The position numbers were made by a program, and so were the translations under genes. 64,000 nucleotides of DNA. Source: Octopus bimaculoides. Taxonomy: Eukaryota. Positions 1 through 12,630 of this stretch are shown here, one piece after another (position 1 is the first letter of the stretch; every line of letters starts with the position of its first letter). Under the pieces are notes generated by a model, which saw only the letters and a list, made by a program, of their open reading frames with translations, ran no database searches and was not told the origin of the DNA. The stretch lies in contig NC_068986.1 in assembly GCF_001194135.2 (NCBI RefSeq), positions 63,508,810-63,572,809 on the forward strand. Direction: 5' to 3'.

Positions 1-1057
1 CTGATGCAGTTTTGCTATCAGAGCATCAAGTGAAGCGTGAGGAGTGCTTGAGACCCTTGTCTTCAAAATAGACCAGACAGAGAAATCCAACACATTGAGA
101 TCAGGGTTTCTTGAGGGCCATACATCCTTGCCTATGAATGACAATATGTGTTTATGAATCCAGTGTTGTGTCTATCTGGAGCTGCGGGATGGTGCTGAGA
201 ACTGTTGGAGGCTCCAAGTTGCACCTTGAAAGTGCTCATTCGCCCATGGAAGCAGTTCAGCTTCCAGAATGTCTCTAATGTATCACTAAGTGTTAATTTT
301 AACACCTGAGGGCACAAAAACGGGGGCAGACCTTCCAGTAGCTGTCAGAACTGCCCAAACCTTAACTGGCTGTGGATTTTGACATCGATTTACAAGTCTA
401 CCCATGACAGAGCTAGATGCATTTCAAAGTCAATCATTCTAGTGGTTTACTGCCTGTTCGATGTCAAATTTCTTTTCATCAATGAACACCAAGCTGGGCA
501 GCATACCATCAACAATCTGATGTAGGATAAGACGACTTCTTTCCAGACTCATGGCCTTATAAACTTGCGTGAGCTCATGATGGACGGTCATCTTGTAGGG
601 ATGGGTCCTGAGATCCTCCTTCAGCACTCGATACATCGATGTTTGGCTTATTCTTGCTGTGACAGCCAGTTTTATGATGGAACAATGAGAATTTCACTGT
701 ATCTTTTCTCTGGTACTTTTGATAAGCTGAGGAGTCGACACACTTCTTTTTCGATCACATTCAGTTCAATTAGGAATTGAACTAGTCTCTTGAAATTTCT
801 TGACAATGTTCCAGACCGTTCAGTTAATTTCAATCTTTTTTGCTATAGCTGCATTACTTTCATCTCCTTTATGGAAAGTTATGATTGTATTTTGGTCTAC
901 AGCCATTATCAAATTTATAAATCTGGATCTATTTAGTCTGAAACAGGAAAAAGACACACTAAACTTTTATAATGATGAATAATTTTCGTATCTTACCACA
1001 TTTATAGGTAATTATTGAAACCCAAAACTTTGGTTGCCTAATTTCAGGACACCCTGT
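1..1057 (-). mobile_element. Tc1/mariner (maT/DD37D-like) DNA transposon, transposase pseudogene, running off the window start
   Basis: Minus-strand translation gives, in order: HTH-like N-terminus MAVDQNTIITFHKGDESNAAIAKKIEIN*TVWNIVKKFQET (ATG ~906), KRSVSTPQLIKKV, MYRVLKEDLRTHPYKM...LVFIDEKKFDIEQAVN (first catalytic D) and WPSRNPDLNVLDFSVWSILKTRV (bases ~120-50, SPDLNP-type motif). A TIR-like CAGGGTGTCC lies at ~1042-1051. Stops and frameshifts are present. Confidence 0.85.
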
Positions 1058-1059
1058 CC

Positions 1060-1124
1060 ATAAATACATACATACATACATACAAACATGCATATATACA
1101 TATATATACATATACATATTTATT

Positions 1125-1198
<74 letters not shown>

Positions 1199-1320
1199 CA
1201 CATATATAAATATACACACGTATACACACACACATACATATATATATATACACACACAAACATACACATATATAAATATACACACACATGTATACACACA
1301 CACATATAAATATAAATATA
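1060..1320. repeat. Compound (TA)n/(CA)n/(TACA)n microsatellite
   Basis: Directly visible. Accounts for the ORF calls at 1044-1426. Confidence 0.95.
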
Positions 1321-1494
1321 TAGCAACAAGATATATAATCTTTAAATTTCGTTTCTCCTTATAGGAATCAAAAAATAAAATATAGGGGTGCAAATAGAAG
1401 TGCTCAAGTAAAAAAAACCAAGGCAAAAGACAAACTCAGTGGTTAAAAAATAAACATCAGAATTGGGCAAACAACTTTATATCATTCCCATGTA

Positions 1495-1803
1495 TTCACA
1501 CCATTGAGCATAAATAAATGCATATCAAAATAACAGGGCATTCAGCACACAAAGCATGAAGGTATATACACATGCAAAAACGTGTGTGAAACCTGTAAAG
1601 AATGATGAAGCGTATGAAGAAAATACATGAAGAAAATTATTTTCTTCCTGTATTTTCATACATGAAGAAGATAATTTTCTTCATATGTTTCATCGTTCTT
1701 TACAGGTTTTACACGCGTTTTTGTATGTGTATATACCTTCATGCTTTGTGTGCTGAATGCCCTGTTATTTTAATATGTATTTATTTATGTTCACTGGAGT
1801 GAA
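1495..1803. repeat. Long palindrome (foldback/MITE-like) with ~130-bp arms and a nested central hairpin
   Basis: 1495-1624 is the reverse complement of 1673-1803, with about 11 mismatches counted by eye. The centre contains ATACATGAAGAAAAT-T-ATTTTCTTCCTGTAT. Confidence 0.9.
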
Positions 1804-1971
1804 CCTTCAGTGTTTACCGTTTTACAAAATCAAGCTAGGCAAAACAGAGAATACAATTGAAAAATTAAAAAGAAAAAAAAGAGAGAGAAAGAAGAGAAAA
1901 AGGGAAAAAAAAAAACCCAAAAAACAATTCACCATATTGGGTTGAAAAGTTGGGGGCGCTAGGAAACCTTT

Positions 1972-4870
1972 CTAATGGCTACTGAGACATGCCAGCGCGC
2001 TTGCAGCATTGCCATGGGTGATGGTGAGGCTGATGCACTGGAACAGCCAAGTGTCCTCATGAGCTTCACCAGTTACCTCTGCAAGACGAGTTGCCAGTGA
2101 AGACAGAAATCTTGCAGTAAGTGGTCCGATCCCACCAAACGTCTCGAAAGCCACATGTTGGAAAATGTAGTTGGCTGACAGATCGTGGTGTTTCAGGATT
2201 TTGTTCTGCTCGGCCACAGAAGCTGTGGATCTCGCCCTGACCACAGCATCCAGGATGTGAGAAGAAGCAAAGGAGTTGCTAACTGTGACATCCCAAACAA
2301 AGCATCTGCTTGCGACCAGGGGTGCAGGGTGAGGCCGTCAGGTCTCTTTCCATCACATCTGAACAATCCAGATGGTTCCAAGATGGAGGGAATGTTTGCC
2401 CGGGACAAGCACCTCTTCAGTATCAGGTTCAACTCCGTATGACATGCAAAGTGACTAGCATTCAGGCAGCAAGAAAGGCCATGGAGGCCTGTAGAGTCGA
2501 GGAGCCTGTCACAACAACAGATCAAACCCATGCATACGTCAGCTTCCACTCTGAGGGCAATAGAGACACAAAGTTCATCCAAGCTGAGTAGGCCACCAAC
2601 ATTAGCCATAGGGATGGCCTCAATCCAGTCACCTGAGTATTTGGCACATGCAGACAGTAATTGGCACCTTGAAAACTGGTCCGACTGGATGAAGAGGGAG
2701 TCAAAGGTGGCCTTCAAAATTATGTTGTCCCCAGCTCTCTGACTCTAAATGTCCTCCACCTACCCAGGAACAGACAAGCCCAATTTCCTCCATTGTTGGA
2801 GAACTTCATCCAACTCCCTGTTGGAACTGGTCCATATTGGAGAGAAAAGGATGTTGCTCACCAGGGTGGAGCAGGCGTGGGTGGAGGAAAGGAAGCAGGG
2901 GAGAGAGAGGGATGAACACTTATGAAGACCAAGACCGCCAAATCGCTTGGGCAATGCAGCCTGATTGTGGGATGTTGGAGAGAGTCTGACATTGACTAAG
3001 CTTTCGAGTCTCTCAAAGATTAGGTTGTCAAAGCATTGGAAGCACAATAGGAATTGGTAAGATGAGCTGACTCTGAGTAAATATAGAAGCTTAAGGATCG
3101 AGAGGTAATTCTTAAGTATGAAAATCCCTTGATGGGGTTTGATAGTTTCAATGTTTTTCAGCAATGACTCAAGGGCAGCCACCTTCAACAGGAAGATGGA
3201 CTCAAAGGCAAGGTCATTGATTGGGGGCACCTAGAGAGCACCAATGGAAGGAGAGGACTCTTCAAAAAGGTCAGTCATTGGTTGATGTTGAGAAGCTGGG
3301 TGGTTGAGGATCCAGAGCTCACATTTGGAGCAGTTTACTTGGAGACCCTGGTGACAAAGCTCCCCAACCATCATGTTAGCAATGGCAAGAATCCTGTCTG
3401 GAGGACCCCGCAAACAAGCATTGTCGAGATACCAGATGTTGAGGTCTAGCTCAGTGCCCATCTTGGTGATGTCATCAATGCCCAGTGTGAACAGAGCGGA
3501 CCTGAGTGAGTTGCCCTGTTGGACTCCTGAGGTGGTAGTGATGATTTAGTCCCTGAAAGAGAGATAGGAGGGCTCCCGATAAGCCTGCCATGCAAAGTGG
3601 TAGAGTTGTGGGACCTTCTCTCTTACTGAGCTGAGGATAGTATCACAGCTGATGGAGTTGAAGGCATTCTTAAGGTCAAGTTTGAGGATGACCTTGGGTG
3701 ACAAGGACGGCAAGTTGTCATAAGCTCTAGTAGCATGAGCAGCAGCTTCACATCCCAATTTGGTACCCACTCCTAGCTGGGTGGGGGTGAAATCCCTCCT
3801 CCAATAAGCTATAGACTGATTGTAAGCACGCCTTTGCAGTGCGATGATAAAATACCTTAGGAATGAGAACCCAGGTTTGAAATTTCTCCAAGACACCTGA
3901 TGAAGGCTGGAGGGTATATAAGCCAAAACGTTGTGTTAGCAACGAACAAGATGAAGACAAATATCTGTCAAATGTAAATAACGTAAATAATGTATAAAGG
4001 AGGATGTTTGCTGAAGAGAATTGGTTCACAAACTGAGTCAAATTCTCCAAGAGCTCAAGTCCGGCACCACTGGTCAATAAGGAGATACCATCCTTGAGGT
4101 GCTGAGACTGAAGGCGATCAATTCCCACACCTGAATCAGCAGGGAAGGATGGTCTCAAGTATTCTGGGGGATTGGGCCAGTTTAGTTGATTATCAGGGGA
4201 TGCCAGTGGGTGCTTCTCTTTCAGACACCTAAGAGACTCAGAGTCACATGGAGCAAGGGAGGATAGAGATGAGAGGAGATAGACAGCCCCTTTTATGTCA
4301 AATCTGCTGAAGTTAGTATTGACTGCACACTTAAAATTTATCAGTTGCCTGTCGGTAGGCACCGTGTTCGATATCAAATTGAAGTGAGAAGTGGTCAGGG
4401 TGGACTCAAATAGCTGGAACTGTCGCTTGAGTGAGGATGTAAGGGAGCCCAATTTCACATCATGCTCATGGAGAGAGATGTGGAGGAACAGAAACAGGAT
4501 AACGAGAGCTGACAAGTCATATGAGCTAGCTGGTGTATGTGCATGAGCCAGAGAAAGCTTTATAACTTATGTTTGAAATATGGATTCAGTTGGAAGTCGT
4601 TATAAGCTAACAGAAACTGAGCTAGTGTAAATGAAAATATACTGTTCATAATATGGCAGAGTTGTGAGCTGATGGTATTCAGAACTTCACAGAGCAAAGT
4701 TGGCATTAGGCTGTTCATGATATGATCAGAGTTAGTGATGCGAAGTTGGTGTGAAAAACAAAGAGTCTGTTCTGATGTTGGAGAAAATAATGTTGCTCGA
4801 ATGCTGTCTTTCCGCTAACTGATTAAAACACCTGCTTCACTTCTTGCGCAGAGAACTGCTTTTGGTATTA
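1972..4870 (-). mobile_element. CRE-clade non-LTR retrotransposon (RT + CCHC + restriction-like endonuclease), decayed and 5'-truncated
   Basis: Collinear fragments: IPKA..ARSEA; AVYLLSS..LAPCDSESLRCLKEKHP; SFPADSGVGIDRLQSQHLKD; QLGVGTKLGCEAAAHATRAY; KLDLKNAFNSI; SGVQQGN; WYLDN (YLDD decayed); LPKRFGGLGL; C..C..LDSTGLHGLSC..HTELN; KRPDGLTLHPW; AFETFGGIG; ISLTITHGNAAS. This order matches single-ORF CRE-type RLE elements. Confidence 0.85.
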
Positions 4871-6590
4871 ATACACACCCAGCCCTGATTGGCTGGAGTT
4901 TACCATAGCGCCACTATGCTACAGTGCAATAACAAAAATAGCTTTCCTGACACACTACACTACAATACAATTTCTCAACCTGAAATTCGTAATAGAATAA
5001 AAGAATATATAGACAGAAAATTAGTAGGGTCCCAGCCAAAATACCTTGTATCTAGTTATGAATACATTCACCGAATGTGAGGTGAGTTTTCTTTTCATCA
5101 TCCCACAGTGTATACTTGGTTGATTAAATCAACACACCCCAGCACTCCTAAGATTTGTGGCTGTGTCAGTGTATAAAATTTTTTAATATTTATATTTGGC
5201 ATACAGCCAGAAGAACTGGGACTCTGATGTGTCCATGATCAAAATATTTAACTTTCAACAGCAAAGTCCACCTAGCTTTGAGTAAGAACCATAGTGTATT
5301 ATCATTCAAATGCTATCTTTATCTGTACTATAAAACTGGTGAGTAGTTTATTAGTTTGTAGTACTTGCATGAGAAAAGTTGCTTGTGCTAGACTGTGATT
5401 TATCTCTTGGCTGTTTAACACCACAGAAATTGAAGATAAGCAGCAGCCCATAGAATCACAAAGTTCTGTTAGGAGACAGAATTTACTAGCACACATAATG
5501 CACAAAAATATAAACACCACAGTTGTTATAAGTTAGCGATCATTTTTCTGTGTTGTTAAGGGTTGCATTATTTTGTAATGTATGCAACTCTTCATGCCTT
5601 GACCCTGTTTCATCCTGTCTATAAGACTCAATATTTCATGTCTGTCTTAACTACATTCAATTCAAGCTATTTGGTTACCTCACATACATTATTCGTATTA
5701 AATATCCATAATGTAAATGGCTGATGATTGTAATGAATTTAATGTCAAACCTCTTTGTCAATTTAACTGTTTAACTGTGCTCTATCTTTCTCAGTTTAAC
5801 AAAATACAACTTTCCTAAATCATCTGTCTACACAGCACTCTTAACAAGCCATATATATTTTACCTCTATCTAGTTCACTTTAAGTCCATGCAAAATAACG
5901 TTTCTTCTATGGTATTAGAATTCTCATCTTTTTACAGCACACAATTCAATTTTTGCAAATATGCAGTTATTTTCTAACCACTGAGTCACATGCTGCTACT
6001 GACACCTCCGTTACTCTTCTGAATGCATTAAAGTTAATAAATTGTGTCACCTCTCATTGAACTTTACCTCTAAGACTATAGTCTTTCCTCTCAAGAACTG
6101 TTTTGCCTTTAATTCTGCAAACACAAAAAAATAAGAAAAAGAAGTGATTAGTTAATAATTAGTAAATAATTAAGTACCCACTATCATTTTCAACATCTTG
6201 CAAACAATAGCACAGAACTAATGATAGATTACAAAATATTTTGAAAAATCTACAGAATGAGCCCCACCCTCATGTTCTTTGGTGCCATTAGCTTCTTGTT
6301 TAATTTTTTCTTTCAATGTGACCATGTGTTTTCAGTTGGGTTGTGATATTGTGATTGAAGAGATAATCCACAAACTTCAAACCTTCCCACTTAAAAGTGA
6401 CAGCATGCTCCACACTAAGTAATTTGTGAATTGGCTCATCATTTTATGAGAAAAATCTACTTTGAACAACTTTTATAATCTTTCTTGCATGGAAAGCATA
6501 AAATAACTAACATATAGCTAACATAGACATTATGACATGATACATAATATATCATCTTGCTATCTGCAGAATGTACTATTTCTTATTATT

Positions 6591-6690
6591 TGTCTTGCTA
6601 GAAATAGCAGCCAAAAATCTTTCAAACTACACTTTATTGTCTTGAAGCAGGTGACGAAGGATACATCTTTGATAGTGTAGTGCAAGGTAC
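6591..6690 (+). mobile_element. Fragment of a dispersed ~200-bp repeat with core TTGCTAGAAATAGCAGCCAAAT and a (CAA)n end
   Basis: The same core recurs near 16236, 21126, 21775, 23635, 43714 and 43870 (+) and 16715, 57170 and 57715 (-). Confidence 0.7.
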
Positions 6691-6707
6691 ATTATTCATC
6701 ATCATTA

Positions 6708-6845
6708 TCATTTAACGTCTGTGTTCCATGCTAGCATGGGTGGTACCACAAGAGCCGGCCAGGCCGAAGCTTGCACCATACTTCTGTGACTGTTATGGCA
6801 GGATTTTTACAGCTAGATGCCCTTCCTAACACCAACCACTCAGCA
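6708..6845 (-). mobile_element. 3' part of SINE (GGAAGGGCATC module plus (TGA)n tail)
   Basis: Reverse complement AGTGGTTGGTGTTAGGAAGGGCATCTAGCTGTAAAA...CCATGCTAGCATGGAACACAGACGTTAAATGATAATGATGATG matches the 3' ends at 26340-26435 and 33985-34090. Confidence 0.75.
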
Positions 6846-8317
6846 GACAATAAAAAAAAAAAGGGAAATAGAGGGAAAAATTAAGAAATATGTTCTGATA
6901 ATGGCTTGAACATATTAATATACTAGCAGTATAACCCAACATTGTTTGGGTGTGACTTATTATGCTATCCACAATAAGTCTTGCTAGGTGAAAATCAACT
7001 AAAAAAGAAAGCGTTACAACGAAAAACACTTATGATGTAAATATGTTCATAATTCAAAAGACGATGAAATTAATAGGGAAAGTCTGAAAGCTGTTTTGCA
7101 TAACATTATCAAGCATACGTAAATTTCATCCGTCTAATTGGCTATAGAAATGCTTGTGCACTGAATTAAACACATTTCCAAGATTATTTTTCATATGAAG
7201 CAGTTTATCTGCTTTACAACTATTCTCAACCATTTTCAATTATCAGTTGATACTTTATCTTAAGAAATTCTACCAAATACTTACTCTATTTCAGGGAGTC
7301 AATCTGAAACATATTATTTTGTCCTATATTGTCATGAATGCTTTAAATAAGTATATTGTCAATTTATTTACATCACTGTTGTTCTTTCATTCTTTCACTG
7401 TAATATAGCAACTCTGTGGTTGTGTACATAGGCTTTGTCAGAAATTGACTTTCATCTCAAAAATGTCTTGTAGATATTACTCCAATTTTAAATGAACAGG
7501 ATGTTTTAAAGCAAAGAATTAGTGCCGTTGGAAATTTTCCTAACATACCAAAAATAGGTAATTTCACAGTTCTGGTCTATGGTATGTACGAGATAAAGTT
7601 GACATGCTTGACAAAAATTGATGTTGTATTTGGAACCAGCACACTTAAAACTGCCCTGCTTTCAAAAAATCAAAATTGTTGCAAGCCAATGTATAAATAA
7701 CTCTAAGTCTATTGACAATACATATAGTGGTGCTAACACCCTTGTATGAGAGAAAAACTAAGAAATACTGGGAAATATTGAGGAAGGAGGACTTTAGGTC
7801 TACAGTTCTTAAATTTACAGTTTTACTCTTTAGACTGCAGCCATGCTGGGGAACTGCAATCAACGGTTTCATTTGATTACTGTATACTGATGCCAGTACT
7901 CTTGTCTGGTGCTCATTTAATAGAGTTCAGCTAGTAGATTGTCAGAGCTGAGCTGGGAGTTACGTGATATAATCAGAATAAAATGGAATATAACCAAATG
8001 CCATGCTACCTTTAAACACACACACACACACCCAACATATTTCTGCACAGTTCCATCAGTTTTATCACAGGTATTGGTCAACCTGATGTTATATTAGTTG
8101 AAACATTCATTAGCTGTTGTCAAGTGGATTGAATGCAGGACAATATGACTGCAAAGCAAACTTCTTAACTACATAGCCATGAATTTGTCTTCTTTCTCTC
8201 TCTCTCTTTAGGGTGTTTAAGAAGTTTGCTTCACAATGAGGATATTTGATGCTGAGTTCAACTCCACAATGCAGTACTTTGAGCCAGTTGGCATAGTACT
8301 TTCCATTAACGGTGTGG

Positions 8318-8388
8318 CCAGATTCTATCCTAGATTCAAGGCTCCTTTGGAATTTCTACATCAACAACAGGGTATTTTTGTATGTATG

Positions 8389-8422
<34 letters not shown>

Positions 8423-8452
8423 TGTATGTATGTATGTATGTATGTATGTATG

Positions 8453-8483
<31 letters not shown>

Positions 8484-9900
8484 TGTGCAGATTTGTATGT
8501 GTTTTATTTTATGTATTTCTTCTCATGCACATACTTGCATATCTAGACATGCTCATTTATACTTAAATGATAAACTTCTGGGAAGTTTTACAGATTTTTA
8601 TAGTTCCAGTGATGGCTTGGATCTGTAGTCATCAAATCAGCTTTCTCCTTTCTGGTTTTGAGAAGCCTAATTTCTCAAGATTGATATTTAGGTAGTGTGT
8701 TACATATTCCACTGCCCCAATAATTACAGGTATAAACCTGAACTTGTAATCTGAATAGAGCAACTGCAGATTTCTCAATAGTTCAGGGTAGGTATTCTCT
8801 TTTTTACTAATCTTCAGCTTTATGCTGGGCAACTGATTTCCACAACTGTATACAGTTTCTCTTCTTTGTCCCAAATCATTACATCAGGTCTATTGTGGTT
8901 AAATCTTATTGAGGTTTTCACTGGGACATTCCACCAGTACTCTTTTTTATAATGAGTGGCTATGGCTTCCATCAAACTGTGAGTTCTTATTTCTTTGTCC
9001 TCAGGGTTATCCTTCCAACAGATTTCATTATACAGTGTCCTAGCTACAACATCATGTCTCATTGGCAGATAATACCATGATGACATTTTCGAACAACTGC
9101 TTATGATCTTCTGTGTTAACTCCACAAAGTCTGCATCGGTTGTCACATTTTCCTGCTTTCCTGTATCTCTGTCCCTTTTGTGCATCAGATACTTGGTTGA
9201 TATTTCCTGTTCATAGATTGCAAATGCATACCCTTCAAAGTGAGAGGTAGTAATCCGGTTGTTGGTCCATGATAGTAATATTGATCATCAAAACAGTCTA
9301 TCATCTCTGACCTTTATACTAACATATTCATGCATGGTCTTCTGCTCATATATGCTCATCCTTTCATCTGATGATATGTTGTGGTAGAGTCGTGTGACTT
9401 CTTTAGGCGTGTATTTAAGGTTATCAGTCAAGGAATGTTGCTCAAGGTACTGCCATCCAAGGCTTATGATGTTATCAGCCTCATGTATGTAAACTTGGTC
9501 AAGCGATGCACTTCAACACTTAATGGTTAAAAGATGTTGTCAAAGGGATATGATACAACATTCAAAAGCAGTTTGGATCGATGTTAAGCCTCTGCTGCCT
9601 TGTTTTCATATTAAGTAGAGGCAGTCAATGTTACTGTTGATGTGAAAATTATGTGTGCTTGTTAGTATCTTCCAGGTTTTCAGTTCAATGGCTCAGTTCT
9701 CATCAAGTGTCCGATCAAGCAACTCAAATGTTGGTATGAGTACTGGCACTGCAAACACATTGTGGGCCATTATTTTATTGAATGCAGAGGGTTCCGAGAT
9801 CCAAATTTTCTTTATTTGACTGTAATATTCTTGTATGTATGTATCCAGCGAGTGGCAAAAACTTGGGTATATATAGAGGGGGCGGCTACCAGATAGCAAT
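8318..9900 (-). mobile_element. R4/Dong-like non-LTR retrotransposon (RT C-terminus + RLE endonuclease) with (CATA)n in its 3' UTR
   Basis: Fragments EYYSQIKKIWISEPSAFNKIMAHNVFAVPVLIPTF; ISSCSKMSSWYYLPMRHDVVAR; WWNVPVKTSIRFNHNRPDVMIWDKEEKLYTVVEISCPA (PD..E RLE); RFIPVIIGA; LQIQAITGTIKICKTSQKFII* (stop ~8563). The sequence beyond the microsatellite (AAAATACCCTGTTGTTGAT...GGAGCCTTGAATCTAGG) recurs at 55946-56005. Confidence 0.8.
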
Positions 9901-9930
9901 GATATAGAGAAAGAGGGCTATATTAATATA

Positions 9931-10332
9931 TACTCTTTACTCTTTTACTTGTTTCAGTCATTTGACTGCAGCCATGTCGGAGCACTGCCTTTAGTCGAGC
10001 AAATCGACCCCAGGACTTATTCTTTGTAAGCCTAGTACTTATTGTATAAGTCTCTTTTGCTGAACTGCTAAGTTACGGGGACATAAACACACCAGCATCG
10101 GTTGTCAAGCGATGTTGGGGGGACAAACACAGACACACACACACACATATATATATATACATATACAATATATACGACAGGCTTCTTTTCAGTTTCTGTC
10201 TACCAAATCCACTCACAAGGCTTTGGTCGGCCTGAGGCTATAGTAGAAGACACTTGCCCAAGGTGCCACGCAGTGGGACTGAACCTAGAACTATGTGGTT
10301 GGTAAGCAAGCTACTTACCACACAGCCACTCC
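9931..10332 (-). mobile_element. Full-length tRNA-derived SINE with CORE-like block and (AAGAGT)n tail (octopus OR-type)
   Basis: Reverse complement: GGAGTGGCTGTGTGGTAAG (A-box-like), GGTTCAGTCCCAC (B-box-like), CCTTGGGCAAGTGTCTT (CORE-like), internal (TA)n/(TG)n, tail AAACAAGTAAAAGAGTAAAGAGTA. Other copies lie at 54813-55195 and 62638-62915. The family name is from recall. Confidence 0.8.
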
Positions 10333-10335
10333 CAC

Positions 10336-10379
<44 letters not shown>

Positions 10380-11487
10380 ATTTTTAACACAGCATGCCCA
10401 TAAATTTTTTTCTGAAACAAAAACTGAAGTAACAATGTTTATACATAGAGTATAATACATGCATGTATATACATGTGAAGACTTTGTACAACTTCTGTCA
10501 ACTAAATTCCTTCAAAGGCTTTGATTGACCCAGGGCTATGGTAGACGATACAGTGCCACTCTGTGTGACTGAACACGAGCTACATAATTGCAAAACAAAC
10601 TTCCTAATCATACAGCCATGCTTGCATCTTTATTCACAAACACACACGTGCACACACACACACACACGTGCACATGCACACATGCACACACACACAAAAC
10701 ACATACACACACAAACGCATGTGTGTGTGTGTGTGTGAGTGTGTGTGTGTGTGTAAGTGTATGTGTGAGTGTATTATACATAACTACCTATATAAATACA
10801 CACACACACATATTTGTATGTATGTGCCTATATGGATGTTTGTATGTGAGTATGCATTTATTTTGTATGCCAATACATCCATGAATATTTATAAGTGTGA
10901 GTCAATGTCACTGTCTTAGAATCTCAGTCAATATTTCTAGTTACATGTATAAACAGATGGAGCTTCTCAAGTTTGCCAAAATTGAGGCCTTTAAATTTAT
11001 GTGAGTACGTGTGTGTGTGCATGTGTGTGAGTAGAATATGTCTGCCTGTGTATTTTGAAATAGAGAAACTGCTTTATGGGTGTCAAAATGTGGCATAACA
11101 TTTATTTGGAATGAAAGAGAAGAATCTAATTCCTTAACTACAACCAAGTATTTGAACTTAAAAATCTAGGATTTCAAAAATTTTCAGTAACCTAAAACTG
11201 GCCTAATAAGGTCAGTGCTGAAAAGATTTAGGTAGAGGTTTGTATTTCTGAATTTTTTCTTCTTCTTCTTTGAGATAAAATTTACATTAGACAAATGCGT
11301 GAACGTGAACGTGAATGTGTGAATGTGTGTGTGTGTGTGTGTGTGTGTAAAGAAGTTATATAACACTGAATGTTTCTTAATGAATGTATATAAATGTAAA
11401 TACATGATAAATTCAAACTTGTACATTTATTCATATGCACAAACACACACACACACACATTTTTGTTTTATATGTGTGTGTATACAC

Positions 11488-11660
<173 letters not shown>

Positions 11661-11974
11661 ATATACATATATAATATACATATATACACACAATATATAC
11701 ATAAAAATACACGTAGATAAATACATAAAAGTGAATATACATATATTCATCATCATCATTTAAAATCTGCTTTCTATGTTGGCTTGGGTTCGACAATTCA
11801 ATTCCACAGACCCTGATGAGCCAGGGAACTGCACTGAGCTCCAATGTTTGCCGTAATGCCAACCACTTTACAGAGTGTACTGGGTGCTTTATATTCATGG
11901 CAACTGTACTAATAAGTTATCAAGCAACTTACAAGACAAAACCCCTCAGCCTAGTGTAGTATTGAGGAATATGG

Positions 11975-12360
11975 CTTTATTTCAGGTGTTGAGAGGTATG
12001 ATAGAGGTACAGGAACAGTTGTCTTGATGAAGAGGAGATACTGCCATTCACTAGAATGGCTGGTCCCTCCGTCAGATTTTCATTAGGAAGACTCTCTTTC
12101 TCTCATTCATTCTCCACACTTAGAAGTCTTTCTTAATAGCACTTCTATGTCTCTTTTTTTCCCCAGAATCACTAAATGATCTTTCTAAATGCATTATCTT
12201 TCTGAATGTATTCCTCACTTCAGCATCTCAATTTTCTCTGATATACTGCCCTGCTGTCCAGAACACCATGTGCCTCTGATCCTCACACTGTGAAACATCA
12301 GTAAACCTCTTCCTTTCTGTTTCTTCCCTTGCTAAACAGACCTGTCTCCTAACTTTTCTC
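11975..12360 (-). mobile_element. Decayed RTE-clade LINE fragment (EN-RT linker)
   Basis: Similar to 18600-18860 and 32200-32470 (TAGGAAGACTCT, CAGCATCTCAATTTTCTCTGATA, TTCCCTTGCTAAACAGACCTG). Confidence 0.65.
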
Positions 12361-12442
12361 CTAACTACTAGCTACCTACAGTTATGGACAAAATTTACAA
12401 AAAAGAAAGTATTTATCTTCCAATGCAATGTTGAGTACTACA

Positions 12443-12630
12443 TTAATCCTTTACCATTCAGATTACTTGATCAAATGTAATCCTTATTCATTCACATTGT
12501 TTTGAATTAATCATGTATTATCTCATTGCTTTGTGATTTTAATGATATAATTGTATATTTTTAGAATGACATAGTAGGGTAGGTGTGAGATGCTAAATCT
12601 GATATGACCAGTTTAAATGTTAAAAGTTAA
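12443..12630. mobile_element. MITE with TTAA ends (piggyBac-type termini)
   Basis: Termini TTAATCCTTTACCATT...AATGTTAAAAGTTAA. A second copy lies at 26733-26949. Confidence 0.6.

Noticed and set aside
8236-8628. 130-aa ORF after a good polypyrimidine tract (MRIFDAEFNST...)
   Set aside because: It is made of a decayed SINE head, the antisense 3' UTR of the R4-like element and a (TATG)n tract.
10941-11270. CR1-like peptides (FRNTNLYLNLFSTDLIRPVLGY; LDSSLSF)
   Set aside because: The motifs are in the wrong order for an RT tail and too short to trust.
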